Source of the DNA: Candidatus Nanopelagicaceae bacterium
GTDB taxonomy: Bacteria > Actinomycetota > Actinomycetes > Nanopelagicales > Nanopelagicaceae
Reading direction: 5' to 3'
NCBI GenBank assembly: GCA_018883345.1
Contig: VEQG01000007.1
Location: 866 to 64,865, forward strand
DNA: 64,000 bases
The stretch's first letter is position 1. Each line of letters begins with the position of its first letter. Of this stretch, positions 1 to 9,694 are shown piece by piece. The position numbers and the translations under genes were made by a program. Under the pieces are notes generated by a model. The model saw nothing but the letters and a program-made list of their open reading frames with translations. It searched no databases and had not been told where the DNA came from.

Positions 1-395
1 TGGTTTTTGCAGGAAAAATTAGACCGAGATATCCAATTAGATTTGCACTTTTAACCCAATTTCCAACAGTGATCTGGATTCTAGCTGTCGGCAACAGTAA
101 TTCAGTTCTCTTAATTGCAATTACTGCTTTTATGCTCGGAATCGCAATGGATCTATTTTATGTCTTGTGGATTACAACAATTCAAAAAGTTGTTGCTAAA
201 GAATCTCTATCTAAAGTCTTGGCATACGATGCCTGGGGAAGCATGGCTTTAGCTCCGATTGCATTAGGTTTTGCAGGACCAATTTCTGAAAAATTTGGTA
301 ATTCCGCTACAGCCAATGCGCTTGCATTTGTGACTTTAGTAGCGCTACTACTTCCATTTCTAGTTAAAGAAGTGCGAGAAATTAGAGCGAATTAG
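1..395 (+). CDS. MFS-type transporter, C-terminal fragment (5' end outside window)
   Basis: Frame 3 is open from the window edge (no stop between nt 3 and 68) to the stop at 393-395. TM-rich sequence (LLIAITAFMLGIAMDLFYVLWITT, ALAPIALGFAGPISEKFG) resembles the last helices of MFS permeases. Family call is by resemblance only. Confidence 0.55.
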   Translation, partial: VFAGKIRPRYPIRFALLTQFPTVIWILAVGNSNSVLLIAITAFMLGIAMDLFYVLWITTIQKVVAKESLSKVLAYDAWGSMALAPIALGFAGPISEKFGNSATANALAFVTLVALLLPFLVKEVREIRAN

Positions 396-1041
396 CAATC
401 AACTCTGGGTTATCACTAATCAGAGTATCCACACCCCAACCGGCTAAACGTTTAGCAACTTCTGGATCGTTAACAGTCCACACATACATCTCTTGACCGC
501 GCGCATGCACCTGGTCCACCCATTCTTTGGTAACTAACTTCCAATAAGGTGCTACTACGTCTGCAAAAAATTTAGGGACATAAACTTTTTTTTCTAGCAG
601 CTGAACTTTTCGCCCGGGAAAATTTCGCATTCTCCAGACTGCCCTGGGATCGAACGACATGAAGCTCATATCTATCTTTGGATTTAATTGATCTAGCTCT
701 GCTTTCAATCTCTTCTCAAGTAAGCCCTTAAATTTCTGAGGATGCTTGGTCTCAATCAATACATCTTTACTTGCACTCATAGCGATTTCCATAAATTCTT
801 TAAAAAGAATTGGCTGTGGCGTTGCCTTGCTAATAGTTTCCCAGGTCATTTCATGTACATCGCCGGTCATGTTAGACGTTCGATCCATGGTGTCGTCATG
901 CCAGCAGAAGAGTTTTAGATCGCTGGTTAAATGCAAGTCACATTCAAAACCATCACTCACCGGAATCGCATTTACATATGCTTCTCGGCTCATCTCTGGA
1001 TATTTGGCCGAATAGCCGCGATGTGCAATCACTCTAGTCAT
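382..1041 (-). CDS. Glycerophosphodiester phosphodiesterase (GDPD family)
   Basis: 219 aa. VIAHRGYS..YPE and ECDLHLT motifs are typical of the GDPD family. The ATG overlaps the upstream stop as ATGA (1038-1041). Confidence 0.8.
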   Translation of the reverse strand: MTRVIAHRGYSAKYPEMSREAYVNAIPVSDGFECDLHLTSDLKLFCWHDDTMDRTSNMTGDVHEMTWETISKATPQPILFKEFMEIAMSASKDVLIETKHPQKFKGLLEKRLKAELDQLNPKIDMSFMSFDPRAVWRMRNFPGRKVQLLEKKVYVPKFFADVVAPYWKLVTKEWVDQVHARGQEMYVWTVNDPEVAKRLAGWGVDTLISDNPELIANSL

Positions 1042-1958
1042 TTACGTAGCCTAGCGATTCGCTGCCGAGCAAACTTCTGGCTAGGTGATTCATGGCCCAA
1101 AATTGCACTTAAGAATTCCAAAATAACCTTAGAAATCCTGAGCCAGACTTTGCCGCGTTTTTTCAGCCCTAATAGCGCCACCTCTCTTGGATCCAATGTT
1201 GCGACCGCCGCATTTGCAAAAATTGTAAATGGAATCAAGCCCAATTTAGAAAAAGGCGGCTTTAAAATAAATTTAACTACATCCTTTGTGGTCGCATTAG
1301 CGGTTAAAGCGTGGTTTCTAAAATAATCTAACTTCTCTTCTAGCTCTGCAACTGACTTTGGTGCATCTTTTAAACCTAGTGGTGCGGCGCTTTTTGCCCA
1401 CTCCATTACATATTGGTCCGCCGAAGTCTTAAATTTATAATTTAAATCAACATAGGTTTTCAAAAAGGCATCGGTGAAGGCGCAATGTACCCAAAGTAAA
1501 TATTCACTTGCTTTGGCAGCGTAATCATGAACTTGACCATCTTTCCCAATATAAGTTCCGGTAACACGACCATGCATTTCATTTACGCGTCGCGCTTCCT
1601 TTTCAATAAATTCAGTTGCGCCAAATGAGGTAATTGTTAACCATTTTGTAGTTCCTGCTAATCGACCAAGTGGATCTGCTTGATAACGCGAATGCTCTGC
1701 TACACCTGCTAGAGCTGCAGGATGCGCAGCTTGCAAAAGTAGCGCTCTAATTCCGCCCACAATTGTTGAGACGCAACCATGTACTTCCCAAACTGCTGAT
1801 TCTGGTCCAAAGTAGCCTTCATCATCACCTTCGAGCATCTGATAAGCCCATTTGGGAGTGCCGTCTTTTGAACCTGAAACAACTTCACGAAAACGATTAG
1901 CTAAAGGTTTTGTTAATGGAAAATTACTTAAGTCCGGCACAGGGCAAATAGTAGCCAT
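1038..1958 (-). CDS. MpaB/DUF2236-family oxygenase-like protein
   Basis: 306 aa. LLLQAAHPAALAGVAEHS...DPLGRLAGT region resembles the DUF2236 (ER-bound oxygenase MpaB / rubber oxygenase) family. Confidence 0.55.
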   Translation of the reverse strand: MATICPVPDLSNFPLTKPLANRFREVVSGSKDGTPKWAYQMLEGDDEGYFGPESAVWEVHGCVSTIVGGIRALLLQAAHPAALAGVAEHSRYQADPLGRLAGTTKWLTITSFGATEFIEKEARRVNEMHGRVTGTYIGKDGQVHDYAAKASEYLLWVHCAFTDAFLKTYVDLNYKFKTSADQYVMEWAKSAAPLGLKDAPKSVAELEEKLDYFRNHALTANATTKDVVKFILKPPFSKLGLIPFTIFANAAVATLDPREVALLGLKKRGKVWLRISKVILEFLSAILGHESPSQKFARQRIARLRK

Positions 1959-1974
1959 CAGTTAAACTTTATCT

Positions 1975-2373
1975 ATGTCTTACAATTCCAATGCAGCTGA
2001 TTCATATGAAGCAGAGGCCAAAGAACGTTGGGGCGATACTGCGGAATATAAAGATTCACAGAAACGTCTTGCTGGCTATTCAAAAGAAGATATCGCCAAG
2101 GCGCAGAGCGCTCTGCAAGATGCGACAAATTTAGTTCTGGCAGCATTTAACGAGGGATTACCTGCTAATAGCGAAAGGGCTATGGACGGCGCAGAAGCCC
2201 ACCGCAAGTCAATAAGTGATTGGTGGTATGACTGTAATTATCAGATACATACTGGCTTAGCTACTATGTATCTAGCAGATCCCCGATTTACTGCACACTA
2301 CGAAAAGCAACAAGCTGGATTAGCTAAATACATTCATGATGCCATCTTGGCCAATGCTGCACGCAATTCCTAA
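1975..2373 (+). CDS. TipAS antibiotic-recognition domain protein (no MerR DNA-binding domain)
   Basis: 132 aa. EAKERWGDTAEYK...W at the N-terminus and ADPRFTAHYEK near the C-terminus resemble stand-alone TipAS domains. Confidence 0.55.
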   Translation: MSYNSNAADSYEAEAKERWGDTAEYKDSQKRLAGYSKEDIAKAQSALQDATNLVLAAFNEGLPANSERAMDGAEAHRKSISDWWYDCNYQIHTGLATMYLADPRFTAHYEKQQAGLAKYIHDAILANAARNS

Positions 2374-2395
2374 AGACTGCTAACAGCTTTTCAAA

Positions 2396-3280
2396 TTAAT
2401 ACTTAAGCCAATAATCTTTCATGTATTTTTCACCTTCGTCACAGAAGAAGGTGACTACGGTTTGTAAATTATGTTCTTCTTTTAACTTCTTCGCTGCCAA
2501 TAGGTGCGCGCCAGATGATGGCCCAACAAAAATTCCATGCGTGCGGGCGATGCGGCGCATCTCTTCAATTGAGTCATTTGAATGGATATGAACAAAACCA
2601 TCGATTTCATGTTCGTGGCGCTGAATGATTCCTGGCACGAAACCATCTGAAATTCCTTCAATCAAATGCTTCTCAACTTCTCCGCAAGCAATAGTGCAAG
2701 ATTCAGAAGGTTCGAGTGCATAAGTTTCGCAATTTGGGTTTACCTCTTTAAATGCTTTACCCACACCAATGATGGTGCCACCAGTTCCGACGCCTCCAAT
2801 TACTAATTCTGGTTTTGATGGAAGCTCCTTCAATATTTCTTGAGCCAGCCATTCTGAATTCTCATTTACATTCCACTCATTATCAAATTGTTGCGGTGCA
2901 AAATAACCAGGTTCTTTGCTTAAACGTCGACACTCATCTAGAGCCTCATTTACATGGAAGTCGCCGATTTCTCTAACTTCTGCACCGAATGCTTTAGAGA
3001 TCGCAACGCGCTCTTGTGATAAACCAGTTGGCATCACAACTAACATTTTGTAGCCCTTAACTGCTGCAACCATAGACATTGCATTTCCGGTATTGCCAGA
3101 AGATGCTTCAACGATAGTGTCACCGGGCTTTAAAAGTCCCTCTTTTTCAGCACGTTCAATCATGTACTTAGCAATACGAGCTTTGATCGAACCAGATGGA
3201 TTCAAATACTCCATCTTTACCCAAATGCCTTCGATATTTATTAATGGGGTATTGCCAATGGCATCAAGGATGTTCTTCAT
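2396..3280 (-). CDS. PLP-dependent cysteine synthase/CBS-family enzyme (divergent paralogue)
   Basis: 294 aa. IGNTPL, PSGSIKAR (PLP lysine, KAR instead of the usual KDR), SSGNTG asparagine loop and GVGTGGTIIG glycine loop. Confidence 0.75.
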   Translation of the reverse strand: MKNILDAIGNTPLINIEGIWVKMEYLNPSGSIKARIAKYMIERAEKEGLLKPGDTIVEASSGNTGNAMSMVAAVKGYKMLVVMPTGLSQERVAISKAFGAEVREIGDFHVNEALDECRRLSKEPGYFAPQQFDNEWNVNENSEWLAQEILKELPSKPELVIGGVGTGGTIIGVGKAFKEVNPNCETYALEPSESCTIACGEVEKHLIEGISDGFVPGIIQRHEHEIDGFVHIHSNDSIEEMRRIARTHGIFVGPSSGAHLLAAKKLKEEHNLQTVVTFFCDEGEKYMKDYWLKY

Positions 3281-3342
3281 AGCGAGAAATAGTACGTAAA
3301 TTAAGTTTCACTTACTAGAACTGAAGTGCTACATAATGGAAT

Positions 3343-4452
3343 TTATTTAGAAGAAACTTGGCGTGTGGCCTTTGCCAGCCATTCTGGATTAATTGTCACT
3401 CCCCACCCTGGCTCGGAAGGAATTATCACTTTGCCGCCTTCAACTTTGAAGGGATCGCCAAGAAATAAACCAACCTGCCATGGATAGTAATCCTCTTGCT
3501 CGATTGAGAACTCCAGATATTTTCCAGGATTATCAATCGCGCCAAGTAGATGCATTGTGCAAATCGTAACGAGTGAAAGATTTGCACTATGTGGCGTAAT
3601 TGGTAGACCAGCTTTTTTAGCCAGATCTACGACTTTAAGAGTGCGCCAAATACCACCCATGTACATGACGTCTGGTTGTAGAACATCTACTGCACGCATA
3701 TCAATCATTCGTTGCCAAGTTGAGAGATCCCAATCTTGTTCGCCACCAGTAACATCAATTTCTAAAGCATCGGTTACTTCTTTGGTTTCTGACAACTCCC
3801 AATATTTACATGGTTCTTCAAAGTGAGAAATACCTTCGGCTTGTAGAAGTTTGCCAACTTCAATTGCACGTTTTGGAGAGAACCCAGAATTGCCATCGAC
3901 TAACTTTGAAATTCCATCACCTAGTGCCCTAGAAACTACTGGAACCACTTCCTCGGTTCGGCCCGGCCATTCATCAACATCATTTCCGCACTCAGCGCCT
4001 ACCCGCCACTTAAATGCATCAAATCCATACTTGTCACGTAGCTCTACGAATCGCTTTGCTTCATCTTGCGGAGTGATATCGCGCTTCATTGATGATGCAT
4101 AGGCTCGTAGCGCTTTAACTTTTCCACCTAATAATTCAACAACCGGCTTATTCTGCGCTTTTCCTTGCAAATCCCAGAGCGCAGTATCAAGTCCAGCATT
4201 AGCTCGACAACGGTAACTACCAGGATATTTATGTTCTTTAGCTTCTACCCTATTAATCAAAAATCCGATGTCATCTGCAGATTGCCCCAAAACCCAAGGA
4301 GCGACTTGGCGATGTAGCACTTGTGCAGTGATATCTGCGTTGTAGGTAGAGGTTTGTCCCCAACCTTCTAGGCCCTCATCGGTAGTTACCTTTACAAAGC
4401 AGACAAATTCATCTGTATAACTCTCTAATGAGGTTATCTTTCCGAAATTCAT
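3343..4452 (-). CDS. Enolase-superfamily enzyme (mandelate racemase/muconate lactonizing family), substrate unknown
   Basis: 369 aa. N-terminal capping domain plus barrel with candidate metal ligands VDGNSG (D), FEEP (E), GGEQDW (E) and a QPDV / TPHS Asp-His pair. Confidence 0.75.
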   Translation of the reverse strand: MNFGKITSLESYTDEFVCFVKVTTDEGLEGWGQTSTYNADITAQVLHRQVAPWVLGQSADDIGFLINRVEAKEHKYPGSYRCRANAGLDTALWDLQGKAQNKPVVELLGGKVKALRAYASSMKRDITPQDEAKRFVELRDKYGFDAFKWRVGAECGNDVDEWPGRTEEVVPVVSRALGDGISKLVDGNSGFSPKRAIEVGKLLQAEGISHFEEPCKYWELSETKEVTDALEIDVTGGEQDWDLSTWQRMIDMRAVDVLQPDVMYMGGIWRTLKVVDLAKKAGLPITPHSANLSLVTICTMHLLGAIDNPGKYLEFSIEQEDYYPWQVGLFLGDPFKVEGGKVIIPSEPGWGVTINPEWLAKATRQVSSK

Positions 4453-4453
4453 A

Positions 4454-5491
4454 TTACTTTACGAAAACTGCAAATTTATCTGCACTGACATCAACTGCAG
4501 TGCCTGGTAGCAATCCTGATGCATCTTGAGATTCCATCTGCGCGTTGATTCTGCTGCCATCTGGCAAGCTGACCATTACTCGGCAGATTGAACCCAAGAA
4601 TGATGTTGCAACTACGCGACCATCACCGCTCTTGCTCGCTTTTACTGTCAAAGATTCTGGGCGAATTAGCGCCACACCTTCACCAGATGTTATTGATCCA
4701 GGCAGTGTGCTCAGTTCGGTACCGAATGCACTGAATTTGCCGTTAGAGACTTTTACCTTTACTTGATTGGTAAGTCCTACGAACTCTGCAACGAATGAAG
4801 TTGCTGGACGATCATAAAGTTCGGCAGGTGAAGCGATCTGTTCGAGCAGACCGTTACGCATAACACCAACTCGATCAGCAATACCTAGCGCTTCTTCTTG
4901 GTCGTGAGTTACGAACAATGTGGTGGTGCCAAGCTCTAATTGAATACGACGAATTTCATCTCGCAGTTGGGTACGCACCTTTGCATCGAGCGCAGATAGT
5001 GGTTCATCAAGCAGCAAAACTTGCGGCGAAATAGCTAGCGCACGTGCCAACGCAATACGCTGCTGCTGACCGCCAGACATTTGATGTGGATAATGATTTG
5101 AGTGTGTTGATAGGCCAACTAGTTCGAGTAATTCACCTGAACGATCGGCACGCTTATCTGCCGCTGTTTTATGCGCCTTTAATTTCAAACCATATTCAAC
5201 ATTTTCACGAGCAGTCATGTGTGGAAATAGTGAATAAGCCTGGAAAACCATACCCATATTGCGCTTATTTGGCGCAGTGTAAGTAATGTCTTTTCCATCA
5301 ACAATGATCTGACCGCGATCTAACTCTTGTAAGCCAGCTAATGCGCGAAGCGCTGTGGTCTTACCGCAACCTGAAGGTCCAAGAAGCGCAACAAACTCAC
5401 CTTTGGCGATATCTAAAGTTAATCCATCAAGCGCTTTGACTGGGCCAAAGTGCTTAGCGATATCAACCAATTGCACATATGCAGAGCTCAC
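4454..5491 (-). CDS. ABC importer ATP-binding protein (PotA/Fe3+-type with C-terminal TOBE-like domain)
   Basis: 345 aa. Walker A GPSGCGKTT, signature MSGGQQQR, Walker B LLLDEPLSALD. Confidence 0.85.
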   Translation of the reverse strand: MSSAYVQLVDIAKHFGPVKALDGLTLDIAKGEFVALLGPSGCGKTTALRALAGLQELDRGQIIVDGKDITYTAPNKRNMGMVFQAYSLFPHMTARENVEYGLKLKAHKTAADKRADRSGELLELVGLSTHSNHYPHQMSGGQQQRIALARALAISPQVLLLDEPLSALDAKVRTQLRDEIRRIQLELGTTTLFVTHDQEEALGIADRVGVMRNGLLEQIASPAELYDRPATSFVAEFVGLTNQVKVKVSNGKFSAFGTELSTLPGSITSGEGVALIRPESLTVKASKSGDGRVVATSFLGSICRVMVSLPDGSRINAQMESQDASGLLPGTAVDVSADKFAVFVK

Positions 5492-5506
5492 TACATTTCC
5501 TTTCGA

Positions 5507-6301
5507 TTACGCAACATCTACGTCAAGAACTTCTTTTTGACGCTTCTTCTGTGGGATTGCCAATAACAAAATTAATACAAAGAAAATTGAAGCCAGTGAA
5601 ACTGCAACTGCCACGTTTCCGCTGGTACGGCCAATCTGTGCAATTACCACTTGGAAAGTCTTGTAATTGAGTAGATTAGAAATTGTAAATTCGCCAAGCA
5701 CCAGCGCAATGGCAATAAATGATCCATTCAAAATACCAGTTCGTAGAGTTGGCATGATTACGCCGGCCATCATTCTGGTGGTTGATGCGCCTAGGGTGCG
5801 GGCTGCTTCTGCCAAAGTATGGATATCTGCCGCATCCAGCGCAGCCGATAACGCTCGGTAGGTATACGGCAGGATCAACATCGAATAAACCAAAGCTAAT
5901 GAAATTGGCGACTCGGTGATATTAATTGATATCCAACGATAAAGCGGAGCAATACCAACCACAATCACAATTGCTGGAATCGCCAATGGAATTAAGCAAA
6001 TTAATTCAACTAACCTCTTTAATTTAGGTAACTTTAGATGCACCCAAACCACGGTTGGCACAATCAAAACCAAAATCAAAAACATCACGATTGCCGCTGT
6101 CACTAGCGATCTAAATACCGCAATTGTTAAATCTGGTTGGCTAGGAATAACCTTCCAGGCATCTAAAGTGCGACCCTTTTGAAAAAAGGCGAAAGGCTTT
6201 GTCGAGAAATCCAACATTGAATAAAGCGGAAGTAATAGATAAAATCCCACAATTCCGATAATTGTGTAGCGCCATAGTTTTACTTTCCAAGTTGGTTTCA
6301 T
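5507..6301 (-). CDS. ABC importer permease (PotC-like)
   Basis: Multi-TM BPD-transport permease. The start is refined to the ATG at 6301, which forms ATGA with the upstream stop (6298-6301). The ORF track start at 6316 is an extension. Confidence 0.8.
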   Translation of the reverse strand: MKPTWKVKLWRYTIIGIVGFYLLLPLYSMLDFSTKPFAFFQKGRTLDAWKVIPSQPDLTIAVFRSLVTAAIVMFLILVLIVPTVVWVHLKLPKLKRLVELICLIPLAIPAIVIVVGIAPLYRWISINITESPISLALVYSMLILPYTYRALSAALDAADIHTLAEAARTLGASTTRMMAGVIMPTLRTGILNGSFIAIALVLGEFTISNLLNYKTFQVVIAQIGRTSGNVAVAVSLASIFFVLILLLAIPQKKRQKEVLDVDVA

Positions 6302-7215
6302 CGTGATGACTCCCAACGACTTACTCGGCGGCGAATCTGGGCATATAACGCCATCACGATGATTACCACAATAACCATTGCAAGTGAAAGCGCTTTAGCA
6401 GTTTGTGGGTTTGCATTTCCGACTTCGCTAGATAGCGCATTACCGATTTGAAGTGGGGTTAAGAAGTCAGAGAGATTTACTAGCGTTGCTGCCGTTGCAT
6501 ATGCTGAGAAAGAATTAACAAATAAGAGCAACATCGCACCAAAGAAAGATGGAGTAAGAACTGGAATACCAACACTTCTCCAGTATTCAAGCGGGCTACC
6601 GCCAAGCGAATCAGATGCTTCACGCCATTGTGGTTTCATGTTTTCGATTGTTGGCAAGAAAACCAACACCATCAATGGAATTTGGAAAAATGTATAAACC
6701 ACAGCTAAGCCATTGATTGTGTAGAGCCATGATGATTGAGCTAAAAATGATTCAGGCGCTAGCTTCACAAATATTGAAGATACGACGCCGTTAAACCCGA
6801 AAGTTGCTAGGAATGCGAAGGTGAGCATTACGCCACCAAATTGCGCCAATACTGAAGAGATTGCAACGGTAATTTTATAGAAGCGGCCACCTGGTTTTCC
6901 AGAAACAAGTGCCCATGCAAATAATCCGCCCAGAATTGCACCAAGGACAGCGGTTTTAAATGAAATCTCTAATGAGTTATAGAAAGCTTTACGAACAATT
7001 GGTGATGCTAAAAGTTCATTAATTTTTGCGGTATCGAACTCTCCGGCTTCATTGCGGAAAGCTCCGGTAATCACGCTATAAGTTGGATAAATTAAAAAAA
7101 TTCCTGTGAAGATAAAAAATGGAACTACGCCTAAATATGCGCTGCGTTTGCGCCAATACCGAGAACCGGCACCACCTGTGGTGGTGCCGGTTCCCTGATA
7201 TTGAGTATTAGCCAT
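6298..7215 (-). CDS. ABC importer permease (PotB-like)
   Basis: 305 aa, 6 predicted TM helices, adjacent to its partner permease and the SBP. Confidence 0.8.
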   Translation of the reverse strand: MANTQYQGTGTTTGGAGSRYWRKRSAYLGVVPFFIFTGIFLIYPTYSVITGAFRNEAGEFDTAKINELLASPIVRKAFYNSLEISFKTAVLGAILGGLFAWALVSGKPGGRFYKITVAISSVLAQFGGVMLTFAFLATFGFNGVVSSIFVKLAPESFLAQSSWLYTINGLAVVYTFFQIPLMVLVFLPTIENMKPQWREASDSLGGSPLEYWRSVGIPVLTPSFFGAMLLLFVNSFSAYATAATLVNLSDFLTPLQIGNALSSEVGNANPQTAKALSLAMVIVVIIVMALYAQIRRRVSRWESSR

Positions 7216-7230
7216 CTAAGAAATTATTAC

Positions 7231-8352
7231 TTAGTTGGTTCCTACAGCAGCAGCCCATGCTGTCTTTAGATATTCACGAGCCTTTGTAGATTGATCACCA
7301 GTTGCCTTTAATGGTGCAGCCTTGCTCTTACCAATTGCAGCAATACCTGCAGCTGGTGCGCGCTTGGTCTTAACCATCCAGATCCAAAGTGTTGGAGTTG
7401 CTCCACCTTGTGCCCAGATTGCTGCGCCTTCTTCACCTAGTGTGTATTCCATCCATAGACGAGCACATGCTGGATGTGGCGCCCATGCTGAAATCGCTGA
7501 GTTATATGTTGAACCAAGTGATGCTGGGGTAAACATCTTCCAAGTCTTGCCAGCCTTAGCAAATTCCTTTGCAATGCCAGCTGAGATATAACCATTATCC
7601 ATAACTACAGGTGTTTGACCTGAAGCGATGGTTGCCTGTGTTGGGTTAACGTTGATGTAGTTACCAACTGCTTTTAGCTTCTTGAACCAAGCAACTGCTG
7701 GAGAAATATCATCAAGAGTTCCACCTAGCGCCAGGTTAACCATGAAGATTGAGTTAAGACCAGCAGATGAACCTTGTGGGTCACCGTTAATTGTTACTTT
7801 GCCCTTGAATACTGGCTTCATTAGATCATCAAGCTTGGTAATTGTGCCAAGTGATCCGTCGTAACCAATTGTCATGGTACCTGTGTAGTTTGGTGTGTAT
7901 TCTGCAGATGGAACATCTGTTGCACCTAAGTTGTTCTTCCAGTTACGTACCTTGTAAGGAGCAAATGTTCCTGTTCCGAGATACTTATCAGCAACTGCAA
8001 GACCGATATCAAATACGTCTGGAGAACGGTTGGTTCCCTTTAGGCGATTAGCTGCATCGATTTCATCCTGTGATGAACCCTCTGGATCAGCCTCATCGAC
8101 CTTTACGCCGTACTTCTTCTTAAATCCTTCAATCATGTCACCATAGTTTGCCCAGTAGTGTGGCAATGCGATGACGTTTAGTTGACCTTCCTTCTTGCAC
8201 TCTGCTGCTAATCCTGCAAGACCGCCAGCCTGTGAAGCGCTGGTAGCTGTTGCGAATTTGCTAGCCGCAGTAGCAGAAGTCAGTGTCGGAACCACAAGAG
8301 CTACTGAAACTGTTGCAACAACAGCCACTTTAGCTAGCTTTGAAAACTTCAC
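7231..8352 (-). CDS. ABC importer periplasmic/extracellular substrate-binding protein (family 1, PotD/AfuA-like), ligand unknown
   Basis: 373 aa. N-terminal signal peptide (MKFSKLAKVAVVATVSVALVVPTLTSATAAS). First gene of the SBP-permease-permease-ATPase string. Confidence 0.75.
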   Translation of the reverse strand: MKFSKLAKVAVVATVSVALVVPTLTSATAASKFATATSASQAGGLAGLAAECKKEGQLNVIALPHYWANYGDMIEGFKKKYGVKVDEADPEGSSQDEIDAANRLKGTNRSPDVFDIGLAVADKYLGTGTFAPYKVRNWKNNLGATDVPSAEYTPNYTGTMTIGYDGSLGTITKLDDLMKPVFKGKVTINGDPQGSSAGLNSIFMVNLALGGTLDDISPAVAWFKKLKAVGNYINVNPTQATIASGQTPVVMDNGYISAGIAKEFAKAGKTWKMFTPASLGSTYNSAISAWAPHPACARLWMEYTLGEEGAAIWAQGGATPTLWIWMVKTKRAPAAGIAAIGKSKAAPLKATGDQSTKAREYLKTAWAAAVGTN

Positions 8353-8408
8353 TGTTTTCTCCTTATTTGTTTGATATTGCTTTTAGTGGGGTGGATATTT
8401 AATTGTTA

Positions 8409-8449
8409 CCCGCTTCCTGAAAAATCACGTGAAATTTTCAGAACGCGGG
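8409..8449. promoter_or_regulatory. Extended imperfect hairpin/palindrome centred on CACGTG. Either the terminator of the ADH gene or an operator for the transporter operon.
   Basis: CCCGC-TTCCTGAAAAAT-CACGTG-AAATTTTCAGAA-CGCGGG lies in the 119-nt gap between the ADH stop (8472) and the SBP start (8352). Confidence 0.3.
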
Positions 8450-8471
8450 AATCTTTGCGTAGGTTGTCTGG

Positions 8472-9572
8472 TCAGTCAAACACCAAAACGTTTCTGGCCC
8501 CCTCGCCTGCCCTCAATCGCTTGACGGCATCATTAAGACCCTCTAAACCTATTCGCTCGCTGATGAGTTCGTCTAGGAATAATTGACCATTTAGATAACT
8601 TTTTACTAACGAAATGACATCCTTCTGAAGGTTGGCTGAGCCGAAATAGCAACCTTTTATCGATTGTTCATTGACAAAAGGCCCGGCATCGATGGTCAAT
8701 TGCGCTCCATTTTTTAGTAGTCCAACCAGAGTCAATTGGCCCTGAACACCCGTGGCCAGCCATGCCTGAGAAATTGTGGCTTCACGGCCAGAGGCATCGA
8801 AAACATAATCTGCGCCGCCACAAACTGATTTCACAAAGGCAACTGGATCCTCTTTGGCTGCGTTGACCGTATGAGTGGCGCCTACTTTCTTGGCAATCTC
8901 TAACTTTTCATCGCTCACATCGACCGCGATGATGGTTCTTGCGCCAATAATTCTTGCGCCTTGAATACTATTTAAGCCAACTCCACCGCAACCAAATACT
9001 GCAACTGAAGAGCCAGGTTGAACTTTCGCGGTGTTAACAACTGCGCCATAGCCGGTTAAGACTGCGCAACTTAAAAGCGCAGCGCGATCTAATGGCATCT
9101 CTTTTGGAATCACAACCGCACCAGATGCTGGTACTACTGCATATTCTGCAAAGGATGCTACACATAGAAATTGATTTAACTTTGAACCATTTTCAGATAA
9201 GCGGCTAGTTTTATCAAATAAGCCGCCAACGCTCATCGCATCTCCGGCGGTCGCGCAGTAATTTGGAATACCTCGTTTGCACCATTCACATTCGCCGCAG
9301 TTTGGCACGATAGACATTACAACATGATCGCCAACTGCAATTCCTGAAACATCTGGGCCAACTTCGGTTACGACACCTGCAGCCTCGTGGCCAATTACCG
9401 CTGGAAATGGCACCAGCTTTCGCTTGCCATCAATTGCATTTAAATCGCTGGCACATAGTCCGCTAGCTGCAACTTTTACGAGAATTTCACCTGATTTAGG
9501 TTTATCAATATCAACCTCTGCGATTCGGAAATCTTTACCTACTTCATCTAATACTGCAGCTTTGATTTTCAC
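8472..9572 (-). CDS. Zn-dependent alcohol dehydrogenase (MDR family)
   Basis: GHEAAG, structural-zinc CGECEWCKRGIPNYC and GCGGVGL Rossmann motifs. The start is refined to the GTG at 9572 (VKIKAAVLDE...), preceded by GGAAGGGCGAGAGG. The ORF-track start at 9737 would overlap the divergent iclR gene. Confidence 0.8.
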   Translation of the reverse strand: MKIKAAVLDEVGKDFRIAEVDIDKPKSGEILVKVAASGLCASDLNAIDGKRKLVPFPAVIGHEAAGVVTEVGPDVSGIAVGDHVVMSIVPNCGECEWCKRGIPNYCATAGDAMSVGGLFDKTSRLSENGSKLNQFLCVASFAEYAVVPASGAVVIPKEMPLDRAALLSCAVLTGYGAVVNTAKVQPGSSVAVFGCGGVGLNSIQGARIIGARTIIAVDVSDEKLEIAKKVGATHTVNAAKEDPVAFVKSVCGGADYVFDASGREATISQAWLATGVQGQLTLVGLLKNGAQLTIDAGPFVNEQSIKGCYFGSANLQKDVISLVKSYLNGQLFLDELISERIGLEGLNDAVKRLRAGEGARNVLVFD

Positions 9573-9694
9573 GTCTAAACCTCTCGCCTTCCCTCGTTGG
9601 AATGGAGTGAAAGTACACCTGGTTCGTATCGCGCGAAAGGCTTTTTGATGAATTTTCGCTGGTTTTGAGTTAAATTTTCCCAACAAATGAAACG

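Noticed and set aside
382-1041. GDPD as a glycerophosphocholine-derived choline supply for the betaine island.
   Set aside because: It lies 13 kb away, is separated by unrelated clusters, and its substrate specificity cannot be read from sequence. The link is a pure guess.
746-1326. Plus-strand ORFs 746-1015 and 931-1326, and dozens of similar 60-150 aa ORFs in the track. Examples: 3557-3826, 7322-7591, 11555-11935, 12643-13008, 17488-18072, 20375-21547, 27729-28118, 29744-30073, 36283-36534, 37640-38207, 53297-53764.
   Set aside because: Each lies entirely antisense to, or out of frame within, a long ORF with clear family motifs. They have low-complexity or Ser/Pro/Arg-rich shadow-frame composition and no RBS or spacing logic. 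I treat them as non-coding shadows.
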